Source: Anthoceros angustus (Eukaryota; Plantae; Anthocerotophyta). From it: DNA of 64,000 nucleotides. Under the pieces are notes generated by a model. The model searched no databases and was not told the origin of the DNA. It was given only the letters and a program-made list of their open reading frames with translations. A program made the translations under genes and the position numbers. Numbering within the stretch: the stretch's first letter is position 1; each line of letters starts with the position of its first letter. Below, piece by piece: positions 1 to 12,134 of this stretch. The stretch spans positions 558,001 to 622,000 of the forward strand of contig VJWM01000019.1 in assembly GCA_010909165.1 (NCBI GenBank), written 5' to 3'.

Positions 1-1186
1 CCGCATTGCCACTCATGGCGCCATCCGTGGCGTCATGTTTGCCATTGCTCGCGAAAGTGGCTATATGGCTGGAGGAGGCGGGAGTATACTCTTCTTCTGG
101 TCGTTCAATCGGCGGACTTATACCTTGTCGTGGCGACGAGGTTGTGGTGGCGGATGTAGTGGTTCTGACCACACGTGGCGCCACCTCCGCCCAGTCATCC
201 TGGCCAATCGGTGAGTGCTTTGACTCTCAAGGTCCATAAGTATAGCGGGATGCAAGCGGGCCACCTCTTTATCCACTTGCTCTAGAAGCGTATGGGGCAA
301 TGGTGAGGACTTTGACAAATTCATCAAGTCTTGTGCCAAAGCTTACCATCTTGTGAGGCATAGTCGGTGTCCCTCTCGTACTTCACATACTTCCGGCGGG
401 TTTCTATTGCTCTTCAGCGCTCTCAGCGGCGATTCTCCATAAGGCGGCGACGGTGGGTGATGCCTTTTCCTCTTCCTCCGTGGTTTGCAGGCCGTTTATT
501 CTACCTGCATATGACATTGTGGATGCAGTTGGTCACTTTAGGTAGGGAGCTCAGTTGCTCCTCTTCACTCCGACCCCCGAGTCCCCATTTGTTGTCCCCT
601 CCTAGATGGTCTCTTTCCATCGTTCTTTCACCTCAATAAATCATCCAATTGTCTTATAAGGTTGTTGAGTTGGTCCCTTCAACAAGGAAACCACTAACTT
701 CACGCTCTAGCACCCTTGAGTCGCATCACTGTTGGGATGGGGTGCTACCCATCCACCGTTGTAAAAAGCCCGTTGTAGCCGCCTGCTGTGAAGCCCAAAG
801 CCACTAGCCACAAGTGTCTGTTCTAAACGATTGTTGTCTGATGTTTGTCTTACTGAAAAGACGTATTGGACTTGTTTGAGAGCGCTGCTGGCATGCTCCA
901 TGGATCCCGGCATGGCTATACGTCCCGTAACTGTTTCGTGAGACACTGCGACTTGGGAGGAGCGGAAGGCTTGCGGCTCCTCCCGACTCCCGATTCTCCG
1001 CTCCAATTCAGGATTGGTCAGTTGCGGACGCATGCGCTCCTTGGCGTGAGACCTTTCCTGGTGGCTCCGGTCCATCAGCAGCTTCTTTGGCACCAGGCCG
1101 ACTGCGGAGCCAACTTCCTTGTGCGGTCTGTACCGAGGATAGGACTTCCTTTCAGTGACTGGACATTGCAATTCTTCATGGCTACA
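1..1186 (-). mobile_element. Possible LTR-retrotransposon remnant: candidate LTR 730-1186 plus degenerate internal sequence below it
   Basis: 730-1186 is bounded by TG...CA. On the minus strand it is followed by GTGATGCGACTCAAGGG, a weak PBS-like sequence, and then broken ORFs. No second LTR or clear domain was seen. Confidence 0.3.
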
Positions 1187-1376
1187 AAAGCAATTTGGTA
1201 GACGTTGGCCCGTCTGACGTTCCTGTGGTGCCGCGGTGACTGGCTTTCCTGGCCGAGGCGCAGGAGAGGAGCCATTTTTTGTTGTGTCCGAATCCGAATC
1301 CGAATCGCAACGGGAGCATTGGTGTCAGGTAATTCTGGTGCGATTGTGTCGCGGCTCAGGCTGGAGGGAGGGATGG

Positions 1377-3759
1377 ATGGATTGCGCGCTTACGGTATAC
1401 GAATTCTGTGTGCAGGATGCTGGAGGTTCCGTGCGGACTCCGGGAGGCGGTATGATCCAGCTTTCTGTGCCTGGCGCGCTTGGTCACGGAAACATGGAGC
1501 GGGCCTTGGGAATTGGTGCTTTCATGTGCTATCACGCATGGCAGATTCGGGGTGCGGGAGATGTCTGTCATGCTCAGGTTGCGTCCCAGGCATGTAACTC
1601 CATGCGCGTTTGTAACGGTGCTCGGCTGGCTACGCTTCCGGGTAGCTGGTCGGGTGTTTCGTGGCATTTGAGATCAGGCTCTTCTTGGAATGTGCTGCCT
1701 AGGGGAAGGAGCTTTTTCGTTCACCGTCCTGCGGGGTCGGAACTGGTTGCCAGAGTCTTCTCGGAGGAGCACCATGAGTCTGGTGTTGATGGTGCAATGA
1801 GCCCCCGGGGCGTTGAATCGGAGCATGCCGGGCGAGAGTGCGAAGATGCGCCGTGCTCGGCTCCTGCGTCTGTGGTGGATGGGATTCAAGTTAGCCAGTC
1901 TGGAGACAGCGGTCCCTTGGCTGCCTCTGGTGCCGAAGGAGCTGCATTTGCAGGTGTAGGTGTAGGTCAAGCAGAAGGAGACGGAGCCGTACAATTTTTT
2001 ATTAAATGGCGGTCTAGCATTCAGGAGTGGTTTGCCTTCAAGAACCTACTGAGAAGTGTGGCAAAAGCCTTTCAAGAACCATCTGAAGGCCTTGCCAGCA
2101 CGCAGGGGAGAAGAGAGGAAGACGAGGTTATTGATTCGGTCACGAGAGACGATTTGGATCCTCTTGTTCAGTGGGAGCAGCGGAAGAAAGATGTTATTGC
2201 TGAGCAGGAAAGGCCTGTACTGACGAGTCCAGGATTCAGTTTCTCGGCTGCTGGATTGTTGTTTCCCTATCACCTGGGAGTGTGCCAGTGTTTGATGGAG
2301 CACGGCTTCTTAACGGTGAGTAGCTTTTGGCCTCCTTGCAAGGTTTCTGTCCTCATGGTGTAGTGAGTTGATCCATAGGCTTAGAATCTGACAGCATTAC
2401 CTTTGTTAGAATCTGACAGCACTATCTTTCAACTCGATACGAGTGAAAGCTTTCCACGAAATGTCCCTGTTGCCTAGTACCATGCTGCTCTTGGAAAGCT
2501 TGATAAAATTTTCCATTTGTGAAATTTCCCATACTATCCATGAAAGAGCTCTATTTCCCTCTATGGGCTTTCAGGATGAAACACCATTGGCTGGGTCATC
2601 AGCTGGGGCACTTGTGTGCGCAGTTGTTGCTGGAGGGGTAAGCATGGAGGACGCTTTGGCGGCTACGAAAGAGCTGGCAGAAGATTGCCGGGCTTCAGGA
2701 ACTGCTTTCAGGCTAGGGGTAGGCCTTTATGGTGGTTCTTTGTGCAGTGTTCCTGGCGTCCTTTTCGCTGTGTCCTTCAATGCAGCTTGCCCCACCTGAA
2801 TTGTAGGCTGCCTTTCGTTCCGGCTCCCTAAGTGACAGTATTGTTGTGTGGTTGCTGGTTTACAGGCAGTTCTTAGAGCGGTTTTGGAGAAGGTTTTGCC
2901 TGAAGATGCACATATCAGGTCTAGTGGAAGGATTCGAGGTAAGGTTGAGTTGGGAGCATGTCCTTGACCTTTAGCCAGGAGAACACCAGGCACATCCTGA
3001 TGATGATGTTGAATGTAAGCAGTTGCTATTACTCAAGTTTTTCGTTCTCCAAGGGGTCTTTTGGTGGACAAATTCGATTCCAAGGAGGACCTCATCAATG
3101 CTCTCTTCACATCTTGTTTCATCCCTGGGTATGATCGACCTGCTATACCGCCAGTCGTGGTTCGTCAACCATGTCCTGTTAGCTTACGTTAGCTGTTATG
3201 GCAGGTATCTAGCACCACAACCGGTCACAATATTCAGGGATCGCTTTTGTGTTGACGGAGGAATTTCGCTGTTCATGCCGCCAACCGCAGCCGAATCAAC
3301 GGTAACGCTATTTCTTACTTGAGTTGAAGCCAATTTGATAACATCAGAATGTTGGATCTCAACATCTTGTTTTTTTCAAGTTCACAGGTGCGGGTTTGCG
3401 CATTCCCTTCCGCTGCATTTGGACTGAAGGGAATCGGCATCAGCCCAGATTGCAGCCCATCAGAACCGAGACCCCCAGCCAACCAGGTTCTTACGTTTCT
3501 CATCACAAAAGACATGCGGAGAATACTCCACCCTGCTGCCAGTAGATTTGTACCACTATTTATACCCACACTATTTGTAGCGTGTGTTGTCCCTTGCTGA
3601 CATCGCCTGTCATTCTGTTTACAGCTCTTGAGTTGGGCATTGGAGCCTGCCAGTGACGAGGTGCTGGACGAGCTATTCAGGCAGGGCCAGACAGATGCTC
3701 TCGTGTGGGTCAAGAATGCTCAGCAAAGTTCACAAAGAGACCCCCTAGCAGTTGCTTAA
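1377..3759 (+). CDS. Patatin-like phospholipase/acyl hydrolase, about 7 exons, with a long N-terminal extension; start codon uncertain
   Basis: Spliced reading gives FSFSAAGLLFPYHLGV, the GxSxG nucleophile motif (AGSSAGA), CFIPG/YLAP and DGG, with GT-AG introns. The last exon (3625-3759) ends ...RDPLAVA*. Confidence 0.85.
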
Positions 3760-3891
3760 CGTGACCTGCCTTGCTCTGCTCGCCATTCCCCTAGCCTCCT
3801 CTCCTGATGGTACCAAGGCAACTGCTGCTCTATAATTCAATTGTACCCAAACTACTGCGTCATATAATAAACTTGAGTCCATTCGGCACAT

Positions 3892-4928
3892 CTATGACAA
3901 GCTGTCCAGCTGGTCTTGTATCATCTCCAGCTTCTCGTAGAACTCAACAAGCTCGTCGAAGGAGAACTCGAGAGCGATAGACTTGGTTACCCCAACCTGC
4001 ACAGACGACCTCGAGCAGCTTCAATCAAAGCATGCGGTCACAAAATACGCGGCCAGATCAAACTCAGTTGGCTAACCTCTGCTGTAGCCCCAAGCTTGAG
4101 CTGCAGAACACCGGACGGCTCCAGGAGATGGCCTTCGTCACTATCAGCAACCTGCAAAAGGGAATCACAGAGTCCACGTAACAAAAGTTCACACCATGAC
4201 AGGCAGCAAAGCCTTCAAGCAGCAGAGCAATCGGCAGGGGAAGGAACTCAAACCTTGAGATGGACACGCCAGTGCAGATCCAGCATGTGACTTCCACCAG
4301 GAGCTCCGAAAGGCCGATCCTTCACTGCCCGGATCAAATCCGTCCCGAGTGCTTCCCACACGTCCTGAAACGCTGCCAGCTGGATCCTTCTTCTCAGACT
4401 CGATCACCACCAAACCCTACACTCCAACCGGGCTACCCTAGCAGTCACCACACTCACCTGCTCGCCTCCAACACCAGCGCTCTGCAGCAGTCCCGCAAGG
4501 TCGCTTCCGGAAGCCGATTCCGCAGCCGCCTTCTCGAACGTGTACATACACGCCTCTACCAGACACTGCACCTCATCCTCACCGAGCCCGAAAACCTGCT
4601 GCAGCTTCTTCTCTTCCTCGTCCGAGAAGGGACGCTCCCGCTGCGCGCCACAGCCAGGTCAGCTGCCCCTCAAGGCGCATGTTGCATGCGCCGTCAGCGC
4701 ATGTAACGGCGATGCTGTATTGCATACCCACTTGCACAAGTTTCACGATGACGCGTTCCAAGAACTGAGGGAGCCGGTCCCCTGAGATTCCAGCGGCCGG
4801 CTTGATCGCTCCCTTGAACCTGCCACAGCGTCATTCCGCAAATGTGAGACAAAAGCTTGGAGAGGTTGGAGTGCAAGTCCGCCCGCACGAGGTGTGACGT
4901 GCCTCGGAGTGATCGCAAACAGCGCCAT
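3892..4928 (-). CDS. COMMD10: COMM domain-containing protein 10 (Commander/CCC complex), 200 aa, 6 exons: 4928-4903, 4819-4732, 4640-4458, 4379-4254, 4151-4077, 3996-3892
   Basis: Manually spliced; all exon phases are consistent. The product includes RPFSDEEEKKLQQVFGL, LDLHWRVHLK and IALEFSFDELVEFYEKLEMIQDQLDSLS*, which parallel recalled animal COMMD10 segments ([40 protein letters not shown]). Not captured by the ORF track. Confidence 0.85.
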
Positions 4929-5070
4929 CTTTGGCAGATCGAGACGCCGATTCCACCAGACTCAAGAAATGTAACCCTACGCTCTCGGACTCGATCGTTG
5001 TCTTCACCACGCTCGGACTAGCGGGTCGGTTTCTCTAAGGAGACGGCGCCAGAAAGCCTCTCTCTCGACG
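4929..5070. promoter_or_regulatory. Putative bidirectional promoter/5'UTR region between COMMD10 and CLP1
   Basis: Divergent ATGs at 4928 (-) and 5071 (+) are separated by only 142 bp. Confidence 0.6.
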
Positions 5071-7314
5071 ATGGCTGCTGTTTCCGGGGCGTCGTCGGGT
5101 GCGCCGGCTGCGGCTGCGGCTGCCGGGGCACCTGTCGTCCCGACCCGCAGCTTCAAGTTGAGCAAGGAGAGCGAGCTGCGAGTGGAAGTTGGCTGGGATG
5201 CGCCGCTGCGGATGCAGCTCCTGTCGGGGTCTGCGGAGATCTTTGGCACGGAGATGCCGCCGTCCAATTGGGTGACCTTCCCGCCGGCTCACAAATTCGC
5301 GGTACGTAGATCTCGCTGCTGCTGCCTTTAGTAGGCAGCAATGTGCAAGGTGCAGGTTTGGTGTGTGATGGAAGATGTGCGGGGGATGGCTCAGGTTTTT
5401 ACGTGGAATGGCGCGGTGGTGGAGATGGAGGGGGAGGCGGAAGTCGCTTACACTGCAGACGAGGTAGAGAAAGTTGTGGATTGGGAATTTCCGCGCACCT
5501 GGTGCATGGTGTGTGATGTTTGCGTATACAACACAGGCCTTCTGTTCTGCAGACACCGATGGTGAGTTACGTCAACTGTCACGCCGTGTTGGAGCGGAGG
5601 CGGAAGTACGCTAGGGAAATGGCTCAGGCACCGCCACCGGCTGCTGCTCCGAATCAGCAGCGGGCAGACGTGAATCCCGACTCCTATGTGGGTCTCCTGT
5701 TGCTTTTGTTGTTTCTGTGCTGACTGTGATATTCGGGTCGTGGAAGGGCGTGGGGATCGGCTAGGGATGGATGTGTTTCTGATGAGGTATGGGCTGCATC
5801 AGGGTCCCAGAGTGATGGTGGTTGGGCCATCCGATTCCGGGAAGAGCAGCTTGGCCAAGATGTTGCTTGGCTGGGCGGCTAGGCAGGGGTGGAAGCCCAT
5901 TTTTGTGGACTTAGACGTTGGGCAAGGGGCCATCACTATTCCAGGGACTATTGCAGCCACCCCGATTGAAGTGCCGATCGATCCCGTGGAAGGAGTGCCT
6001 CTTGATGTGCCCCTGGTGCATTACTACGGCCATGCATCACCCAGGTGCAGCTCAGCTTAACGCTTAGGTTAATGTATGCTGGAGTTTGTCATGCTAGTGT
6101 GCTGGAGAGGCCAGTGTGTTGGAAAGGAACCAGCTTAACCAATGCAGGGTAAAACATACATGCAGTGTGAACCAAGGTCTTTATGGCGTGTTGGTGAAGG
6201 AGCTAGCTCGGACGTTGGAAGCCCAGACATCAGCTAATCCAGATGCTCGGGCAGCAGGGATGGTTATTAATACAATGGGCTGGGTGGATGGTTTGGGCTA
6301 TGAGGTGCTGTAGTATGTTCTGAACTGTTCTTATGCGTTTCCTGTGTGTAGGACAGGGTCTGGTGCAGTGTGTACTCATGTCCATCATCCTATTGCAGTT
6401 ACTCTTGCAGGCGATTGAAGCATTCAACGCTAGCGTCATTTTGGTTTTGGGACAGGTACTGAATTTAACGGTTCACGGTGGGGATGTATTTTTGCATGGT
6501 GATGCATCCTGTTCTCAGGTTCCTTCCCCTTGTTACCCTTGGATAAGCATGGATGTGTGTGTATGCAGGAAAAACTGTACAACATGTTGCAGCAGGTCTT
6601 GAAGGGAAAGCAAGGTGTGGATGTTGTTAAGTTGCATAAATCAGGTGGTGTGGTTGCAAGAAACACTAAATATCGCCAACAAACTCGCATGCTTAAGACC
6701 AAGGTACTTCTGCCCCCTTGCATTCGGAACTCTACTTTGCTAAGATATGTTGGTTCTTAAACCCTGTGTTCAACCTCTACAGGAATACTTTTATGGGATA
6801 AACGCCGAGCTGTCTCCCCATCTCTCTGTCTCAAACTTTAATGAGCTTCAAATCTTCCGAATCGGTGGTGGTCCTCAAGCCCCTCGCTCTGCCCTCCCCA
6901 TTGGTGCCGAGCCCACAGCTGATCCAACCCGCGTCGTCCCTGTCAGCATCAATCGGGATCTGATCCACGCAGTTCTTGCTGTGTCATATGCCAAGGATCC
7001 CGAGCACCTTCTTACAAGGTATGCGTGGATATCTACTCGCCTCTCTCTTGGATCAGGCTCTGCACCGGTCGCGTCTGAAGGTCCTGACACCTCTTTCTGG
7101 TTGCAGCAATGTCGCAGGATTCCTTCACGTCACAGACGTCGATCTGCCAAGGTGAGTGCCTCTTCCTGTTCGCTTGTGGCCATACCTTCTTTGGAATTGG
7201 TACTGAGTTCCCCCTTTTAAACAACACAGACGGAAGATTTCGTACATTGCACCGTGCCCAGGACCCCTTCCAAACAACCTCATGCTTGTCGGATCGCTAA
7301 CCTGGGTAGAGTAA
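5071..7314 (+). CDS. CLP1: CLP1 polynucleotide 5'-kinase / pre-mRNA cleavage complex II subunit (CLPS3-like), about 10 exons
   Basis: ESELRVEV...GSAEIFGTE N-terminal domain; Walker A GPSDSGKSSL; DLDVGQGAITIPG; GMVINTMGW; GGGPQAPRSALPIGA; last exon RKISYIAPCPGPLPNNLMLVGSLTWVE*. Confidence 0.93.
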
Positions 7315-7453
7315 GTTAAAGGACAGCAACAAGTTCTTTCAAATTTTGCAGTAGTTATTGTTATTCATTGGGCTTTTTCAGACTAACATTCGGAACCGTG
7401 CCTTCGATCAACCCCCTTTTGTTAACGGGGTTCAAATTCTTGTGTATATTATA

Positions 7454-7630
7454 CTGGGTTGTTATTATTCCCGCACCTTGTAACGGGAGGTCCAAGCAAA
7501 AGACGTAGACATACCTGTTAGTGTGCATATATCGTGTGGCTCCGAAATTGCTAAACCTCCACTCCTTACTTCCAATCCTTTGTCATCCATTGGAATATTC
7601 GAGAACCTTCCTCCAAGCAATAGGATCAAG
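7454..7630 (-). mobile_element. Helitron-like 3' terminus (copy A)
   Basis: Minus strand reads CCCGTTACAAGGTGCGGG (hairpin), then AATAATAACAAC, then CCAG|T. About 170 bp are homologous to 11325-11487. Confidence 0.55.
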
Positions 7631-8749
7631 TCAAGTTTTACTGAGAAGTGTCTTCGCGCGAGGGAGTCCTGCGCGGCCTTCTTAGGGACGACAAAAAGTG
7701 AGATTTTGCAGTGAGAATGCGACAATAGCAGGGCCTATTGGCCCGCACCTCCTATTCTAAGCCGGCACTTAGTCTATGGAAATACTCAAATGATCCTAAA
7801 CTGAGAATTGCAATGGCTAGAAGGCAAAACCGCCGTTGGAAAGAGCCGCTGTTTCAATTGCTGAATCGGCAATATAGGAATTAGCAGATTCAATCTGGCC
7901 GAAGGCGCGCTTGGAGACCATTTCTACCACAACTCAGAAGAAGACCTGACTCGGTGCACGAACGTGCAATTTCTCCCTCTCCCCAAAGCTACTGCAATCA
8001 CCTCGCACACAACGCAATCAGGATACTAAACTTAGACTCCATCAAGAGAAGGGATTGAGTGCTCACCAACTGGTGCAGATCCTTCCAATTCAGCTTCAAG
8101 CACTGAAGGCACGAATTCGCTCTTCTAAGTAGTTAGTTCAATATATGTTCACCAATCAGATTGGCAGGTTTGAGACACTTGATTTCTCAATCTTGGATAG
8201 GGCCCCGATTTTGCCTCCTATCTAAGTAGAACTAGAATTTGTCATTCGATGAGAGATCCCTTAGTTGCAACGTACATGCCTACCCTGACATCGTCTCGTG
8301 AGCGACAAGTTCCATTTCCATCCCCCAGCAATTGTGCTGAGATTTGAAGAGTCACTTCAGCCCTCAGTGAGCCTTTAGAGAATTGAGGGCGATTCCACCA
8401 AGGCTGAAGGCACTTTCCTGCAGCGATCAACTGGCGCCTTTGTGTAAGGCATCTGTTGGATGGTCTGTCTACATGAACAAGGCAGTGGGGGTCATGATGA
8501 TGTGTCGCTGAGAGGCTTGGAATTGGACAGCCCAGACATCCGGTCAGCTTGGACTGGTCAGGTTGGGCTTCATGCATTTGGGAAGAGAATTGTTATTTTA
8601 GAGTGAGCACACAATTGATGCATCCTGGCCTGCCTAATTTCCTATATCTGCTGCCTTCTCCCTGAAGACTCCAACGCTAATTGGCTTGCTTGTAAGTTGC
8701 CGCCAAGCATGCTGCCAGGATGCTTGCATGCTCAGTTGGCGATGCTCGA

Positions 8750-9020
8750 TAGTTGGCGTTGGTCAAGATGGCTGAACATTGCACTCGACACCAGCTTCCC
8801 CAGTTTTGGTGAGAAAATCAGCAGCCGATATACTTCTTGCGTCTTTTGGCATCTCCAGGCCCTTGTTACGGAAGAACTCTGACCACAAAAGAAGACAATG
8901 TGCAAAAGACAATTAATCAAATGATACAACGTTTGGTCTTATATACAAAAATGTCATTTAACCCTAAGTTGGATAATTAACTTGGAGGTAGGTTAACTAA
9001 TAACCTCAACACTCCCTCTT
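8750..9020 (-). mobile_element. Copia-type polypurine tract and start of a 3' LTR; far boundary uncertain
   Basis: Minus strand AAGAGGGAG|TGTTGAGG at 9020-9004, followed by an AT-rich stretch with a TATATAA box. Confidence 0.35.
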
Positions 9021-9719
9021 AACCTAACCATGTTAATTTCACGAATATGTGGTCATTACTCTCGAAACGGGGTTCTCCTCGTGGCGTCGTCTCAGCTGCC
9101 TCAAGCGTGCAGGAATGAAGACTGTGCACATCACGATGGACCCCTGGATAGCAACCACGTTGATGCTCACAGCCATCTCCCTTGTCATGACACTCGCAGT
9201 CCAGGCATTCTCAATTTCAAGATGGCGCGAACCCGGAGCATCGGCTTGTCAAGCCAGAGACGTCCAAGGTCGGTGGAGACGAAGGAAGAGCACAGCTCAA
9301 TGGAGAGTGAGGCTGTGCTCATAGGAGACCAGACACAGTCACCCAGAAGGACGCCATCGCAAGAGCTGACAGAAGGCAGACCTGACTACGAACTAGAGAG
9401 GAAAAAGATCAGACTACTTATGCAGGCTGATAGGAACACATTGTACAGCCTGTTGGAGATACTGGACAAAAGCAAGGAGCTAAGCCACCTAATTAGTGCA
9501 GCACAGGCCAAGACTCAAAGAGTTGCAAACCATGCTAGCAAACAGACCATCAACAAACGAACCTGCTGCCCTACTCATTGATTCTGAATGCCAAGCTTTG
9601 ATGATCTCATGACGCAGTTGATACAGTTTGGCCACGTGAGCGAAGTTAATGAGGGCAAGCCTTACATTCCTGCTCATATGAAGTGGTAACCATACTCTGA
9701 ACACCTCCGCTTTGTGGCA

Positions 9720-10600
9720 CCCATGTTTGAATTTTTGCTATTGAGCTTCATCCTTTAAGAGTACCTAACATCATCCATCTGCTGTTGTGTAGGAAGAAGG
9801 CTCCATGAACCATGAAAGAGTTCCCTAGAATACTGCAAAACGTCTCCCTAGCCAGGAAGGTAGGAATTTGAGTAGATATAGAAGGGACAGAGAATAATCT
9901 GAGCCCTAGGGAGGCCAAATGTTTGAGGTGCTTGTGCTTCGGCAAGCCCCTAGTAAAGATGTCGGCTGTGTTTTCTTTTGTACTAATGTATTCCACTTGT
10001 ACTAATGTATTCCACTTGTACAAGCCCCTTTCAGCAACATCACGAATATAGTGGTGATATAATTCTATATGCTTGGTTCTTGCATGGAACCGGGGATTGG
10101 AAACTAGAGCAATAATTGACATGTTGTCACATAAAAGCTTAGTGGGAGCAGACTGAGGTAAGTGAATTGAGTCCAGAAGCTAACATTCCCACTCTAACTC
10201 TTTGCATGTATCTGTTAGGGCCTTGTACTAAGCTTCGGTAGAAGAGAGGGCCAACGAGGTCTGCTTCTTGCACGACCAATTGACTGCTCCACAGGCTAAA
10301 ATGAAGGCATAAGCAAAAAGGCTTCCCCGTGAATCTGCATCCAAGGCCCAATCGGCGTCTGCAAAGGAGATAAGCACAAAATCCCTCTTACCGCTTGAAG
10401 TATAATGCAGGCCATACTCCAATGTTCCTCGCAGATATCGATAAACCCTTTTAACAGCTCCCCAATGTGGCTTTCTAGGGGACTTAAGGAACTGTGCAAC
10501 AATGCTCACCGAACAACTGATGTCTGGCCTTATCCAGTTCGCAAGGAAAATTAGGCAACCCACGGCTTCAGCATAGGGAATAGAGGACATAGAAGTCTAC
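9720..10600 (-). mobile_element. Ty1/Copia pol remnant (RT C-terminus and RNase H), frameshifted
   Basis: IPYAEAVGCLIFLA...RPDISCSV, DADWA, SCKKQTSLALSSTEA, NPRFHARTKHIE, TADIFTRGL. Confidence 0.9.
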
Positions 10601-11004
10601 TCTTGAGCATCTTGTGGGGACTGTGCAAGGGTAAGTTTCTCCCCCACTGCTGATGGCGTGGCCACTGGGTGTGCAGCATCCAGATGAAAGCGTTGCAGGA
10701 TGACCGCCCACCATCGGGCACCGTGCCTGCATTAAGTGAACTTGCTATTAGAATGCCCAACTAGCCCTACCTCATAAACTAAACATTAAGACAATTCACT
10801 TAGTTAGGTAAACGTAATTAAAGCATAAATGACATGATTGAACTAACGACATATTATACCATGACGTAACTCTTATTGATCGTGAATATAATGAAGTAAC
10901 TATTGTGTAGATGATAGCTTACTTTGTTGCACATTTGATATTCAAATATGACTTCATCTTTGTAGAAGCTGACAAATGAAACTATCCTCAATACTACGAA
11001 CTTA

Positions 11005-11160
11005 TGCTTCGACTTGTATGTTACTATGTACTTGCCAGACACTCTTTCCCCAACTTGTGCTTCGACTTGTATGCTCCTATGTACTTGCCAAACACTCTTT
11101 CCCCAACTTGTGCTTCGACTTGTATGCTACTATGTACTTGCTAGACACTCTTGCCCCAAC
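11005..11160. repeat. 53-bp tandem repeat x3
   Basis: Unit TGCTTCGACTTGTATG..ACACTCTTTCCCCAACTTG starts at 11005, 11058 and 11111. Confidence 0.9.
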
Positions 11161-11324
11161 AATGCAGCATGAACGACATGATATAAGCTACCACGAATAC
11201 AAACAGGAACTATATATGGGCCTATGATGTCGTCCCCAAGTTAAGACACGCTGAACTCCACTTGGGGGTTGTGTGAGTGAGACCACATATTGTGAATTGA
11301 ATTGAATTGAACGTGACATGCATA

Positions 11325-11487
11325 CTAGTTATTATTCCCGTACCATGTAACGGGAGCTCCAAGCAGAAGACCTAGGTGCAGAGGTACATCGTGAGGCTCC
11401 GAAATTACAATACCTCCACTTTCTGACTTCCAATCCTTTTGCATCCATTGGAATATCCGAGAACCTTCCTCGACGCAACAGGATCGT
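11325..11487 (-). mobile_element. Helitron-like 3' terminus (copy B)
   Basis: Minus strand reads CCCGTTACATGGTACGGG (hairpin, 11354-11337), AATAATAA, then CTAG|T: the canonical Helitron 3' end. Confidence 0.7.
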
Positions 11488-12134
11488 ACAAACGCGCGGG
11501 CGCCCAGACGAAACCTAGGCAGAGCGTGTCCGTCCTTTTACCGCACTTTATCAAGTAATTGAAAATTCTGAAGCTCAATTCAAGCCACGCCTTTCGACAA
11601 ATATACGGCTTCCTGACGATGAGAGATTGATGACCATCTATCTAACTGCTTCTATCGATTCATCCTAGCAGGGACACACACGATATCCGCATATCCCAAA
11701 TTGTAGAAGGCTGTGGAGCTGATGTCTTGTTACCACTGCGGTGGCCACTTGCGTGCTGTTGGATTTTTGCAGTAATTTTGTGGCCGTGGTCCTTGGATCA
11801 GCGCACCACCGGGAGCTGCACTCCTGCGGGCGTGTGGTATTCAGACGCTGCAGAGGCCTGGTGCAAGCAGCGGTGTGAAAATGGCGAGGATGGAAGAATT
11901 CTAGACTCGTATGATGCAGAAGTTGGGCATCCTTCTGGTACGGAGTAGCTGATTCTTGGCCTGAGCGTTGGTAATGCCACGTCTGGGTGTTTGTGGAGTG
12001 GGTCTGGTATGAGCTGCGAGTATCTGCAATCCGGCATTTCCCCTGCCTGAATAGTGGGCGCCTGTTGTCTGCAGAGGTCGGTGAGCTGATGAGAAAGCCA
12101 GTGCCGGCAAGGGCCTTAGTCCTCCTGAACCAGC

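Noticed and set aside
11727-11948. 73-aa ORF with a hydrophobic N-terminus and cysteines (possible small secreted peptide)
   Set aside because: Short, lies in the probable promoter/5'UTR of the Mg-transporter gene, and has no recognisable family pattern; cannot be supported without expression data.
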